A stretch of DNA of 60,649 nucleotides, the filler included, from Sphacelaria rigidula (Eukaryota): NCBI GenBank assembly GCA_964200075.2. It is 10 parts of 10 records of this genome, joined end to end, with 100 filler letters (N's around TTAATTAATTAA, not from the genome) between each part and the next. Parts side by side here need not be neighbours in the genome. Positions count along the whole stretch, not along the records: positions 6,076 to 12,050 come from CAXNAA020023079.1; positions 12,151 to 18,125 come from CAXNAA020023080.1; positions 18,226 to 24,200 come from CAXNAA020023081.1; 7 more parts are not named here. The stretch is one strand, 5' to 3'. The notes under the pieces are model-generated. The model was given only the letters and a program-made list of their open reading frames with translations, made no database searches and was not told the origin of the DNA. This document shows, one piece after another, positions 11,987 to 23,776 of the stretch. How positions within the stretch are numbered: position 1 is the stretch's first letter; every line of letters starts with the position of its first letter. Both the position numbers and the translations under genes were made by a program.

Positions 11987-12389
11987 CTGTGGCAGCGACA
12001 GGCGATACAACAAATGTGTTATGGAGTCTCGGGAGAGGAACCCACAACTANNNNNNNNNNNNNNNNNNNNNNNNNNNNNNNNNNNNNNNNNNNNTTAATT
12101 AATTAANNNNNNNNNNNNNNNNNNNNNNNNNNNNNNNNNNNNNNNNNNNNTGTAGAGTGGTGCCCAGAATAAATGGGACAACGCAACACACAACACACTC
12201 CATGTCCGTTGCGCCTCTTGTTTTTGTGAAATATTTGGGGAGGAAATCATTCAATGATAGAGGGAGGGGGATTTCAAAGCATCATCCCCTCCGCCTACTT
12301 TGTCAGTGTATCGTTCATTTATAGAGTCGTTGTTTTTCTATAGAATGAACTAGCTAGTAACATGGGTAAGTAAGATTACCTCTAACCTC

Positions 12390-12830
12390 GAAAAACGAAG
12401 CGGGGAAATTCACTCGACCCTGAAAACAGTACACTTCACAAACCCCTTCAGCTCCACGTCACCCTGCGACGTTTTTCATTTCTGAAAGCTTGATGAGATA
12501 GTGAAATGTTTTTCCATCACCGTTCACCTTCCACGAGGGCGAGATTCGACCTTCGACTCAAGCTGTCAACGCCTCAAAGTATGTGCGTAATAGGCAATGC
12601 GCGGAGTTCTGAAAACGAAGCGGGGGAATTCACCCGACTCTGAAAACAGTACACTTCACAAATCCCTTCAGCTCCACGTCACCCTGCGACGTTTTTCACT
12701 TCTGAAAGCTTGATGATATAGTGCAATGTTTTTCTATCACCGTCCACCTTCGACGAGGGTGAGATTCGACCTTCGACTCAAGCTGTCAGCGCCTCAAAGT
12801 ATGTGCGTAATAGGCAATGCGCGGAGTTCT
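12390..12830. repeat. Tandem duplication, ~220-bp unit x2
   Basis: GAAAACGAAGCGGGG...AATGCGCGGAGTTCT starts at both 12390 and 12611. Confidence 0.9.
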
Positions 12831-13271
12831 GATGGTGGCTCTGACACTTGGATGTTGCAAAACGGAAATTTGATTCTTCACACGCATACTCGATGAACAT
12901 TGGAGACACCGGAACTCAAAACCGTGCTTTCGAGAAAATATTTTTCAAATTTTCGAGAACGGTCATCGATCACACGGGTCGCAGAAGTGCACCGTACAAC
13001 ACAGTACAATCAGTACAGTACAGCGCAGTACAGTACAGTACAATGCTATCTTCTCTATGAATCCCGCCGCATTCCTCCCTTCTTCTGTGGGTATCGTCGA
13101 GTATCAGATTACTCCTTTGGAGATCGTCACTGGAGATGGTCGCCTCTTTCTACAAATAACCGGCTTTAAAGTTGAACTGTCTGAACCCCGTTTAGGTCGT
13201 CCGGGTTTTGCACTCATTTTTCAAGTATTCTACACTCTTTCGCTGAGAAGGGGCGCTCTTATTACACCAGT

Positions 13272-14425
13272 GCAATGGCCCGTCCCATCCAGTGCACGAT
13301 GGATGCGCATCAGTAGATATCAACAACAAGTGCACGGTGTGGTCCAAGTCTGAAGCCACCTAGGCGCTCCGACAAATTGTAGCCTTGACGGGATTACCAC
13401 CCCACGTGTTTGCGTTGCGTTCTCTAAGAATTAGGAGCGCTACATGTTGCGCGCCAGGCGAGTCAGAGTGAGAGGGGATGCGCTAGGAAGAATATTTCTA
13501 CGCAATGGCCCGTCCCATCCAGTGCACGATGGATGCGCATCAGTAGATATCAACACGTGGACGGTATGGTCCAAGTCTGAAGCCACCTAGGCGCCCCGAC
13601 AAATTGTAGCCTTGACGGGATTACCACCCCACTTGTTTGCGTTGCATTCTCTAAGAATTAGGAGCGCAACATGTACGCGGCGAGTCAGAGTAAGTAAGGG
13701 GGGATGCGCTAGGAAGAATATTTCTACGCAATGGCCCGTCCCATCCAGTGCACGATGGACGCGCATCAGTAGATATCAGCACGTGGACGGTATGGTCCAA
13801 GTCTGAAGCCACCTAGGCGCCCCGACAAATTGTAGCCTTGACGGGATTACCACCCCACGTGTGTACGTTGCATTCTCTAAGAATTAGGAGCGCTACATGT
13901 TGCGCGCCAGGCGAGTCAGAGTAAGGGGGGATGCGCTAGGAAGAAGATTTCTACCCTACGTTCGTAACTATGACATGGATGAACACTGGGTTTCCGAAAC
14001 CTTCGTGCAACCTCGATATGCCGTAAGACAACCGGGCCAAGGAACTCAGTGAGGAAGTATATTATGTGTGCCTCAATGGTATATTGGGAGAGCGTTCAAT
14101 CGTCGTCATAGTGCGGGAGAAAGACTTTCGTTATCAGTCTTCCTTTCAAACGTAGGGCAGGCAGACCCACGTGGCCGGCTTGGTGCTGCATGCTCTTGGA
14201 AATCCCGCTGAATTTTCATACCTTTTCTGTGTCACGTTGGTATCGGTGTCAAGTCTCAGGCCACCGAGCGAGGCGCTCCGACAAATTGTAGCCTTCGCGG
14301 GATTACCACCCCACGAGTTTGCGTTGCATTCTCTCAGAATTAGGGGTGCCACATGTTTGCGGCAGGCCGTGCATCGCCCAAAGTATTGAAGAGTGAGGGG
14401 GGATGCGCTAGGAAGCAGATTTGGA
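13272..14425 (+). pseudogene. Degenerate DIRS/Ngaro-type tyrosine recombinase C-terminal fragments: three tandem ~228-bp copies plus a fourth diverged copy (~14250-14420)
   Basis: Translates as WTVWSKSEAT.ALRQIVALTGLPPH.FALHSLRIR[GS]AT (the HSLRIGGAT-like HxxR box), followed by ...YPYVRN; contains stops and frameshifts. Confidence 0.75.
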
Positions 14426-17174
14426 ACAAAAGCGCCCATGTTTCCTTCAGGCTGGAGTTTTCTTCAGACCATATATGGCTGTATACATGCGACACACTCA
14501 CGTTGAGGCAGTAACCCGATCAGTTTTCCTTACAGCGTAGGCGTCCGATCAGTGAGAGCGTAAGCAAGAACAAGAAAAAATGCACCTTACCGCGCGGCGC
14601 TTTTTTCTCAGGCCTTTCTTTGTTTCTTAGCTTCTATTTCTCGAAGTTCGAGTAACTTAGAAGTCGCAGTTTTTTTTTTTTCTTTCTCTCTTTCTCAGTG
14701 AATTTAACAGCTGCCGCGGTTCGGTGAATTTTGGAGCTAAAATTTATTGTCTCTGTCCTGACCGTCTATTTTAGCGTCACAGTGTTCCGTTTGAAAGGGA
14801 GAAAAAATGTGCAAACGAACAAGTCAAACATTACGCCATTGCCGGGTCTTCCATCTTCTACTCATCACATATAACATAGTTTCATAACAGATACAGATAT
14901 CCAATCTTTGGCTCAACCTCTTGGTAGCAGGCATTGCCTGTACCATCTCCTAAATTAAATTGTTTCCTTTCCACGCCTATCGTGGAGGACCGGGCCGCCG
15001 ATAGGCAGCCCCGTCCGATCCTTGTACAGGAAACATAGTATTTCCCCCATCTTGTGAAGGAACAAGCCACTCCGACCCTCTTTTGTCGTTGAGTGACTCG
15101 ACGGGCCGGGGGGCGACGTCTCGGAACGAATGGGTATGGGCGCCAATGATGATCTGTGAATAAAAATAATGATATACAGGCGTTATCTATGTTTTTCCTC
15201 CGAGTCTGGCAGGAGACAGGCGGCAGCTTGTCCCGAACGAGGCAGCAACCAAACACAGGAGCCAAATCAGAACGCCGCATCAGTACAAGATACACAACGC
15301 TATTTTCGGTATAAATGTGACAAAACATGCCATCAACCATATACTTCGAAGTATCAAATAACCTTATTGATCCTAAAGTGCATCTTACGTGGATGGGTGC
15401 CCTGTCCAGTACAGCTTAATCCTTAGACCGCGAGGTTCGTCTTCTGTTGACTCGGCATCAATTTCAAGCGATAAAAAGTATGCATGATCGAGAAAGACTA
15501 ATCTCGCGGTCTAAGGGTTGAAGCTGATGTGAAGCGTGGGATGAATGGATCGTAATGTTCTGCCGCATGTGTGCAACGCTTGCAGGTCAACACGTGGCGC
15601 TTCTGAGATATCAACCTATTATTAGGATCAACCGAATAAGGCATACCCTCGATGCACACAACAGTAAACGAGGTTCGTCTCAAGTCGCGTGATACGCGCT
15701 ACGCTTGTTATGAGAAGGTCCGTGATTTGCCTATTTCTTGAATCCAACACACCCCCCAGCCACACCAGCAACAGGGACACACAGCCCGCGTAAATTGGAG
15801 ACCAAACGACCATGACCCTCATATTCACGCTTACTCGTATTACTGTGGGCTGTGCCAGCGTAGATACATTCAATCATATATCCCTCGTGATAACTTCATT
15901 CGTGCAGATCTAGATACTGATTTGTACAGTCTTGTTACGCGTATGCTTCCAATGTTCGTTCGGCACAACAACATAAACGACAGGCCCGCACCCCAGGGAA
16001 ACACAGACCAAGAAACACCCGAACGTATCGCCATGGATGATGAATGCACAGATCCGCATATGCGCGCACACCCAGGCATGGGTGGATTAGGGCGTGCAGT
16101 AGCGTTCCTTCACAAGGAATGCACTTGAGTCTCGGTGCTGGTCGGGTGCGATCTTCAAACTCGCTTGATACCACCATGATGGCCCCCTTGACCGAAGCTT
16201 ACTGTATATATTTGCCCCAAGGTCTTCACGCAAAGCAAAGAAACAGAGACACTCGCAGCAGGTGTTATCCATCTTACTACGGGAGAAGGCGGCAACTCGC
16301 CTTACTGAGGGCACTGCAGTGTGTCGCCAAACGGGATGATGAACGATGGTACCTGAAAAACGAGAATGTTAGCAGACGTGAAACATGGTTGTGCAAGTAA
16401 GTGCAAGCAGCGTGAATGTACCCCAATGCTGACAGAGATGGTCGACCGTAATTATTATTACTTCGTATTATATTATGGTTATATCCATCACATTAGCTCG
16501 ATCTCTCGAACCCGTGGTCACAGAGTGCAAGGAGCATACCACCGATATACCTATAACCGAAACAGCCCGCGGAAGAAGGCAAGAAACCAAAACATCTACA
16601 CGAAAAAAAAGGCATCCACACTACGAAAGATCTTGTTGTAATAGCCTAACCCAAATCTACCTTATTAAATTCCTGAAGCCGTAGGCCATGATTTCTTGTG
16701 GGGCTTCGTGTGAACCTATCACGCACTAGGGCTGGCGTGCGATCGTGCCATACGAGGGGGAGCGGGGGTCTCCTGGTTGGTCTCCTCGTAATTCTTGTCA
16801 TGACTGAAGAAGGAGATGACTGGAGAACGCGACCTGGTGTCGCAAAATATTTGTGCCCTCAAAACAGTTTTAGATGCACTGAACCTTCGTTCACGACGAC
16901 TAGCGACTACGAGCGAATAGGCGCACTTGATCGCTCGCATACGGTAGGGGGGAGGGGGGAGGAGTATTTCATTCAGCGAAATAAGGGGATCTTGTCGTGC
17001 GGACAGGTATGTGCTGATGACAGCTCAAGCTACGGACGGGCACTTTTGATCACGGGTCTGACGAATCAGGCAAATATATAATTGATAATAATTATTGTTT
17101 TTGCTCCAGACCAGCCCACGATATGAAAAAACGGTGGAGGTATCACCACGGACGGCATCACACGATACGATACG

Positions 17175-17276
17175 ATGGCGACGGGATTGGGTAGCAAGAT
17201 GGGGGCATTCGTGAGGAGAAGGCCTCTTCTGGTCACAACTGTTGTCGGCGTTACTGCCGCCAGTATTTACTACAAG
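17175..17276 (+). CDS. Probable first coding exon (MATGLGSKMGAFVRRRPLLVTTVVGVTAASIYYK): basic segment plus membrane anchor, product unknown
   Basis: ATG start, 34 codons, AAG|GTGGG donor; possible 5'-UTR intron at about 17007-17109 (GTATGT...TTGCTCCAG). Confidence 0.45.
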
Positions 17277-18463
17277 GTGGGGTTATTGCAGTTGCGAGCA
17301 GTAGAGTCTGTACTGACAGTACAATACTGTACTGGTTACGAGCCCCCTCTCTTCCCTAGTGAAAAAGAGCCAGTTTGGCGAAGTCGCCGTCCTGTCTGGG
17401 TCTTGCTTATCATTGAGGTTGCCAGTCAAATTGTACAGTCGTTGCCTTGGTTTCGTGCATAGCGTAGCTGTACTGACTGTAGTGTCCTCGGTAGGCGGTG
17501 CAGAGACGAGCCTCACTTAAACGTGGCGTCATGAGCCCATCACACTTGTTGCTCAGTCAGGTTTTGCTCAAGATTTGAAGATTCCTCTGTGACGAACGTT
17601 CCGCGAACTGTTCCTCGAACTACACCCGGGGAGAGGGGGCACCCAACAGCGGGCCCTGGCATCTAAGGCACGCCTTAATTTTTGCCTAAAAGGGGTTGCC
17701 TGAGAGGGGGCATGGCGCCTGAAATACCTTGTTTGGGCAAGGTGAACACATATACTGCAAAATGGAAGTAAGGCACACGAATGACGACGCCAACTCCAAT
17801 TAGTCGGGAAACCGGGGAGGTTGTCTGAGGCAAAATCTGAGGCAAATCAAATCCAGAAACCACGACATCTCAGGCATGGGTTTGACTTATCAGGCATGGA
17901 ATTGGATGTCAGGCATGCCTTAGTTGTTGCCAGGCATGCGGGTTGATATAGTGTACATATATATTGGGCGATGGCCTAGAAAAGGTATACCTACTCGTTT
18001 TTTGCCTAGGAAAGGTACGAAAAATGGCCAGGAAGACAAAAACAGCAAAACACGCCGTTTTGACTGTTTTCGCTCCGAGGTTTTCACGCACATCATTCGG
18101 GGGGGCCATTGGCACTCGGGCCCCGNNNNNNNNNNNNNNNNNNNNNNNNNNNNNNNNNNNNNNNNNNNNTTAATTAATTAANNNNNNNNNNNNNNNNNNN
18201 NNNNNNNNNNNNNNNNNNNNNNNNNATCGTAGGATGACTCATCGGCTTTCGCATGCTCTTCGTCCCGTCTTTGACCCTCGTCCTCCTCGTATCTTGGCAT
18301 GATCTCGTCGCAAGTGAGGAAGCCTTCCTGGGTGAACCCACCCGCGCGCCAGGAGATCGATGGACGCCTCGTTGCTCCTGAGTGCTTTAGGCACCCGCCA
18401 AACACAATCGTACGAACCCGCCGTCCAGTAATAGTGTGGCCTTGACTTTGGAGCTTGCGCACG

Positions 18464-18980
18464 CACACGCGGCCATTTGGCTACCTCCAGAGGGGTCAAT
18501 TTTGTCCGTCGAGGTGTTCAACACCTCTGATTTAGGAAGGCTCCATCTCCCTCCCTCCCGAGTAACTTCGATGAGTTATTCCCCTAGCAGCCGTATACTC
18601 CTTTTGGAGGGGTTTGCTATTCAGCCTCCAGAGGGATTATACGTCCCCAGAGCCTTTTCCCCCTCTAGAGGGGTCAACTTTCGCGTGAAGGGATTTTATG
18701 GGGTAGAGCAGTGCTACGATAGGGGTTGCACTTTTTGTTTCTGGGCCTCGTTTGTGTAGGAGCCCAAATATATGGGGGTTACTGTGCAACCCAATTCTCC
18801 GGGGACAGGACATCGAAATGCACGTAGGGGTCTTTTCGTGAATCCGCATCATTTTCAGTCTTTTTCAAGTGAAAATGATGCCGATTCTCAAAATGATCCG
18901 TGCAACACCCCGAGAAACATTTTCGCTCAAAAGGTGCAACTCTACCGTAGCATCACTCGGTAGACAAATGGCCGCCTGTG
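18464..18980. mobile_element. CACAC-terminated MITE (CMC/CACTA-like) inserted in the pogo ORF
   Basis: TIR CACACGCGGCCATTTGGCTACC / GGTAGACAAATGGCCGCCTGTG; same family as 25708-26039. Confidence 0.8.
18706..18958. mobile_element. GAG-terminated MITE with 4-bp TSD GGTA (Sola-like), nested in the CACAC MITE
   Basis: TIR GAGCAGTGCTACGATAGG / CTACCGTAGCATCACTC; GGTA at 18702-18705 and 18959-18962. Confidence 0.85.
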
Positions 18981-19270
18981 CAGCACGATCAACGAGAGCA
19001 GAAGCAAGCACGTTCTAGCTTATCGTGACGGGCACATCTACCAAAGGTGACCGAGCACCCGGCAGCGCCGGTCGTTGCGACCCACGCCCGCGTAGCCTGT
19101 TCAGAGCCCGGTGCATATCCACAAGCCACAGACCTGCTCCCTGCAAATATGCCTCGGCCTGTGACGGGGTGAAGCTTAGCTGAAATGCATATCTGATCAC
19201 GTTGACCATGTCCAATTTTACCGGCATCTTGCCACCATTACGGCGTGGGAACGTCTGAATATTGACTTCA

Positions 19271-19520
19271 GACTGCTGCCGAGGTAGTCCCCCCTCCGAA
19301 CCGGCGAAAAACGTACACGGAGGCGATGATCTTAAATGCCGTGAGAGCTGCTTTCGTGCTGTACGACGCGACTCATTTGGGCATTTTAGCTAATTTCGGA
19401 CTCATACACGCCTGTCATGTGGGCGAAATCACTGCAAACGAGCCCAACAGTGGGATTGCAGCCGGTTTGTCGGACGGTCTCCGGTGCACTTTTTGTGGAG
19501 GGGCTATCTCGGCATTAGTC
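19271..19520 (+). mobile_element. MITE family B (250 bp) inserted in the pogo ORF
   Basis: TIR GACTGCTGCCGAGGTAG / CTATCTCGGCATTAGTC; copies at 1-154 and 52188-52438. Confidence 0.85.
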
Positions 19521-22366
19521 GTCATTTCCCTCTTAGAGATCCCAAACGCGGCGACGTCCAGAGGCTACGTGGTGTGTGATGAGTGCAACGGAAGCTGAAA
19601 CAACTCACTATTGAGTGGCATCGCCAATTCAATCACTTCGAAGGTGAAGTGGGAGGCGTGCCCATCGAGCATCAGCACGTGCGGCTTCCCGTCAGCCTTT
19701 CCGGTGTCAAGAATGTGCCTGTGGAACGCCTTTATGTAGCTAATGAACACCGGTCCCTGGATGAATGGCGATTCGGTTGAAGCGTACCATGCACCCGGTG
19801 AACCCCCGCCATTAAGCCACGCCAGCTGCACTCGTTGCCCTCTAAAAATTATCAGCGGTGGAGTCACCTCGTCCGCTGCATTGAGGGTGGCGACGACCGT
19901 AACATTTCGCGGGAGTTGTAACGCTTCGTGCCGGAGATCTTTTTTCATTTCTCGGCGATAAGCTTTTTAGTCTTGATTCCTTGCGGAGTAGCACCTACGG
20001 CGAAGATATTCATGATTGATGTGTATAGAGGGGGGAAAGAGGGATGGGCGTACTACGTGATACTGTCTTACGGTACCGAGTAGTGCGTCGAGTTTTGAAT
20101 GGTACGCACAGCATTGGCATCACCTTTAATGACGGTGCTTGCAAGACCTCTACAGACAGTATAGGCAGTACTTCCATAAAGTATAAGTACAAAAAACAAA
20201 ACACGCCGAGAAAGTAGTACGACATGCACAGAGGAACGCCGACTGCTGCGTAGCCTAAGAACGCAGCGAGAATAATACCGTTTCAAGTGCAGCACAATTC
20301 AGAGCAGACAAACGCCACTCTACGGCAACAGCCTCTGGCTCTAGCTCTAGACACATGCGTTGTATCACATAAACAGAACGGCTCTTAAAAGACAGTGAAA
20401 CACTTGTCTCGTCAGTGTTCCATATGTGATCGGTTGCTGGCTTTTCCTTGTCCATGTAGTCCTGCCAAGCCGCATAAAACTCCCGAATGCGATCTTCTTC
20501 TTCAGCAATCACCCTATCAGCCTCGTAGATGCGGCTGCTGCGTTCCGCTAGCCGCGGGTGCCTCTGAAGGAACAAGTCGAGCCACTTCCCGCCTGAGCCT
20601 ACAACCGGGTCCCACGGTACCGGTCGGTTGTCGCTGCAGAGTGTCACAGCCACCTGTTTCAGGTCATCTCTATTCCGGCCGAGTTGATAAGCTGCGGCAA
20701 ATGTCAAAGTATCCTTGATGAAATTTCTTTCCGCCGTCGACAGTACGGTGCCCGGACCAACCCTGCCAGCTATGCCTACGCCACCACTGACACGCTTCTC
20801 CAGCGAACCAACGGAGATGTCAAAGGTCTTTGCAGCAGCACGGAAGGTCATGTGACCGCTGCGTATCGCTTCTGCGGCCTCTGCTGCACGTTCTGGGTCC
20901 ACCCTTGCTCTCTGAATGCTTAGCAGGCGATCGACCAAGAAGCTGGTGTTGGAGAAAGAAACTGTGGGATAGTGTTTTCTGATGCTATAGGCACCTGCAG
21001 TAGCTCAAACGAAGCGCCGTGCTCTTGTGCACATGAAGAGAAAAACAGAACGGAAAATGAACAGTACTTCGCGGAGTTATGGGCGATTAAAAAACCTGTA
21101 TCTCAATTGGTACTCTATGTTGTCAATAGGAACATTTACCACTGCAAAGCGGACGGCATGATGTCTTCAGCACAGGCACCATTTTTGTTGTCGATATTGG
21201 TGATGTTGAAACACACACAAGCGTCAGCTTCGCATTAGTCTTTTCAAGAGCATGTGTAAACACCAGGGATTTCAGATCGAATCAGTTCCTTTTTGTAAGA
21301 AAATCCAACCCGATGCAAGGAGGTTTGTTTGTAGCCGTCGTGAACTGACTCAAGCACCCCTCAACCCCTGGCTGGATTTCACGCCAGTATCTTCAGCCGG
21401 CCCTTCAGAGATTGCTAGTCGAATAGCTAGCCCATCCTCGTACTGACCCTCCACCACTACGCCACGATCCATAACTGTAGTCAATAGCGGGGGGAACCTC
21501 CTTCGGGTACATTTAGGATGCCTGGATTTAAGTCGTAAGACCTGATGTCTCGATGATGCCTGTCGCACGTTTTACTACACCATTAAACTGTGGGGGGTCT
21601 ATGATTGTTTTCTCCTGCTTGATTTTCTCTGTCACACAAATTAGCAAACACACCCTCCGAAAATGTAACCCTGGTCGCCACCATCTCGCTCTACACCCCC
21701 TGTCCCTACCGAAACACACACTCGCCTGCGGTATTGTCGATGGTCGTCTCCACGCTGGTGAATGCCTCTCCCTCTGCATCTAAACACACTGCGGAGTCAT
21801 TGATCTCGTTGACCACGCCTGCCGACATCACCTCATCTTTACCAGCCGCTTGCGATCTCGGACAACCTATGGTTCTGTGTTCATTCTCGCCGTGCTCACT
21901 ACAGTGCCTGTGCAGGCAATCTATTGCCCGGTGCGTCGTCATTTGCTAGCAAATATGCCAACGCAGCAGAGGCTCAGGCACCACTTGGCTGCTCGTTGCA
22001 GATAATAATCCTTGACCTCCGATCTGACTGCCGTCCGTCGAAGATGAGGAACCTGAACTGTTCTAGCCTTGGCTCCCGCTGCTGCCGCGGCCTGATCTCT
22101 GGAGCTTCTCCGTTTTCCCCTCGCGACGCCGGCTGCTCGGCCTGCCGGGTTGGTCCTTGGCGCGTCGCGGGTTGACCCTTGGCGACAATGGCCTGGTCGC
22201 CCGAGGATGCCATCTTCCCCCGAGCGAGCACCTGTTTAAAGGTAGACAATTCGAAGCGCTTGAGAACCGAGGTCAACACGATTTCTCTCCAAAGGGGGCC
22301 TCGCGAGCATCCTTTGGCTGCTTAAGGACGTCGTACATGCACGAATTTTGACAGCATACGCGCGTT

Positions 22367-23776
22367 AACAGCCGATTTCAATCTTTGGGCGTTGAACACT
22401 AAAATAGGGTTCAAGCGGCATATCGTTTTTGCAGGAATGACGCGAAATAGTTACACGAAGGGAAACCATATTTCCCCTGAAGCAAGTGCAGCAGTGAAAC
22501 AGTTGTGGCTAGGTGTATCGGACGAATGCGGTGTACACGCGTGACGAAGAGGATACCACCGGAGGAGTAACAGCGAAGAGGAAGCTCCTCCCCCGTATTC
22601 TTTGTGTGTCCTCGCAGCTCTTGAGAGTCCGTTACATTGTTGCGATGAGCTGGGAAAATGCAAGTGTTTAACTCATACAACCCTTGTCACCTTCGGTGTT
22701 GTTACGAAGTGATTGTACAGAAGCCGCGACAGTCAGTACAGACAGTAGAGCAACCAAAGCTAGCTTTGGCCGGGTTTGTCTGCCGTACTACCGCGAGCAT
22801 TGCTTGAAAGCCACCAGACCCTTGCGGTCGGCGGTTGATGGCGTGGATCGAAAATGCAACGACGAGTGATTGGTCATAGAGCACCCTTCTCCATCGTGAA
22901 ACATATCTCGCCCCAACTTGTAATGAATGACGTCTTCACTTGGGATTTATCGAAAGCTACCGCGACAAATGCAGCGGGTGGGTGGGTGCTCAAGATTGCA
23001 GCATACAGGGACCCCCATGCGCCACGCCAGCAACAGTTAGGTCACCACCATAGGCATCTTTTTTCACTCCGGATGACAAGAGAATGCCCACAAGTGTTTG
23101 AACTCTCATACATCTCCCCAACTGGCACGTGGCACGCTCTTGTCGCGCACACACCGGTACGAGTACACATATCGGGTAAAATCAACGATTAACAACACCC
23201 CCCGAGGTGCGGTTGGATCTGTTATTGCCGCAGCAACGTCCTTGCTGGCATGTGTGTAACAGAGAACAGTAGCGGTGACGGGAACATCGCCCTGCTTTTC
23301 AACAACATGTTCTGCAGCGCACAGAGGCGCGTCCTGTCCAAAAAGAGAGGTAGAGAGGGATCGATATTTGCATTGATAAGCTCTACAGACAATGAGAGAC
23401 GACACCGCGGCACTTCGATGTTCTTTGGGGGGATGTGCAGCAACAACCTGCCTACCGGCACATGGACATCGGAAACATGCTGGTGACATGCATGATGCCA
23501 ATCTCTCGAGCGATCGGGAATCACCGAGCGAGGACACACAAAGACTATGGGGGAGGAGCTTCCTCTCCGCGGTTACTCCTCCGGTGATATCCTCTTCGAC
23601 ACGTGTGTACACCGCATTCGTTCGGTGCACCTAGCCACAACTGCTCAACTGCTGCACTTGCTTCAGGGGAAATATGGTTTCCCTTCGTGTAACTATTTCG
23701 CGCCATTCCTGCAAAAATGATATGCCGCTTGAACCCTATTTTAGTGTTCAACGCCCAAAGATTATAATCGGCTGTT
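22367..23776. mobile_element. 1.4-kb non-autonomous element with ~250-bp TIRs
   Basis: 22367-~22615 is the reverse complement of ~23528-23776 (AACAGCCGATT...AATCGGCTGTT). Confidence 0.85.

Larger units (their letters stand above)
6076..12050 (-). repeat. Tandem exon+intron array of an LRR gene (10 exons; periods 643, 644, 641, 644, 644, 646, 516, 515, 515 bp)
   Basis: Highly similar introns, each starting GTGAGA and ending ACAG, separate 72-bp LRR exons; the array runs off both fragment ends. Confidence 0.95.
18226..20943 (-). pseudogene. pogo/Fot1-like (Tc1/mariner superfamily) transposase pseudogene: HTH_psq + CENP-B HTH + DDE_1, DD35D
   Basis: Motifs FRAAAKTFDISVGSLEKRV, GKWLDLFLQRHP, IWNTDET, LMLDGHASH, HSSHTT*PLDV and GAGLW; one intron at about 19995-20404; stops, a frameshift and three MITE insertions. 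Confidence 0.9.

Noticed and set aside
6076..12050. CRISPR-like or DGR-like reading of the repeat/variable array
   Set aside because: The units are 515-646 bp with spliceosomal boundaries, the variable part is coding, substitutions are not adenine-specific, and no cas or RT gene lies in the fragment.
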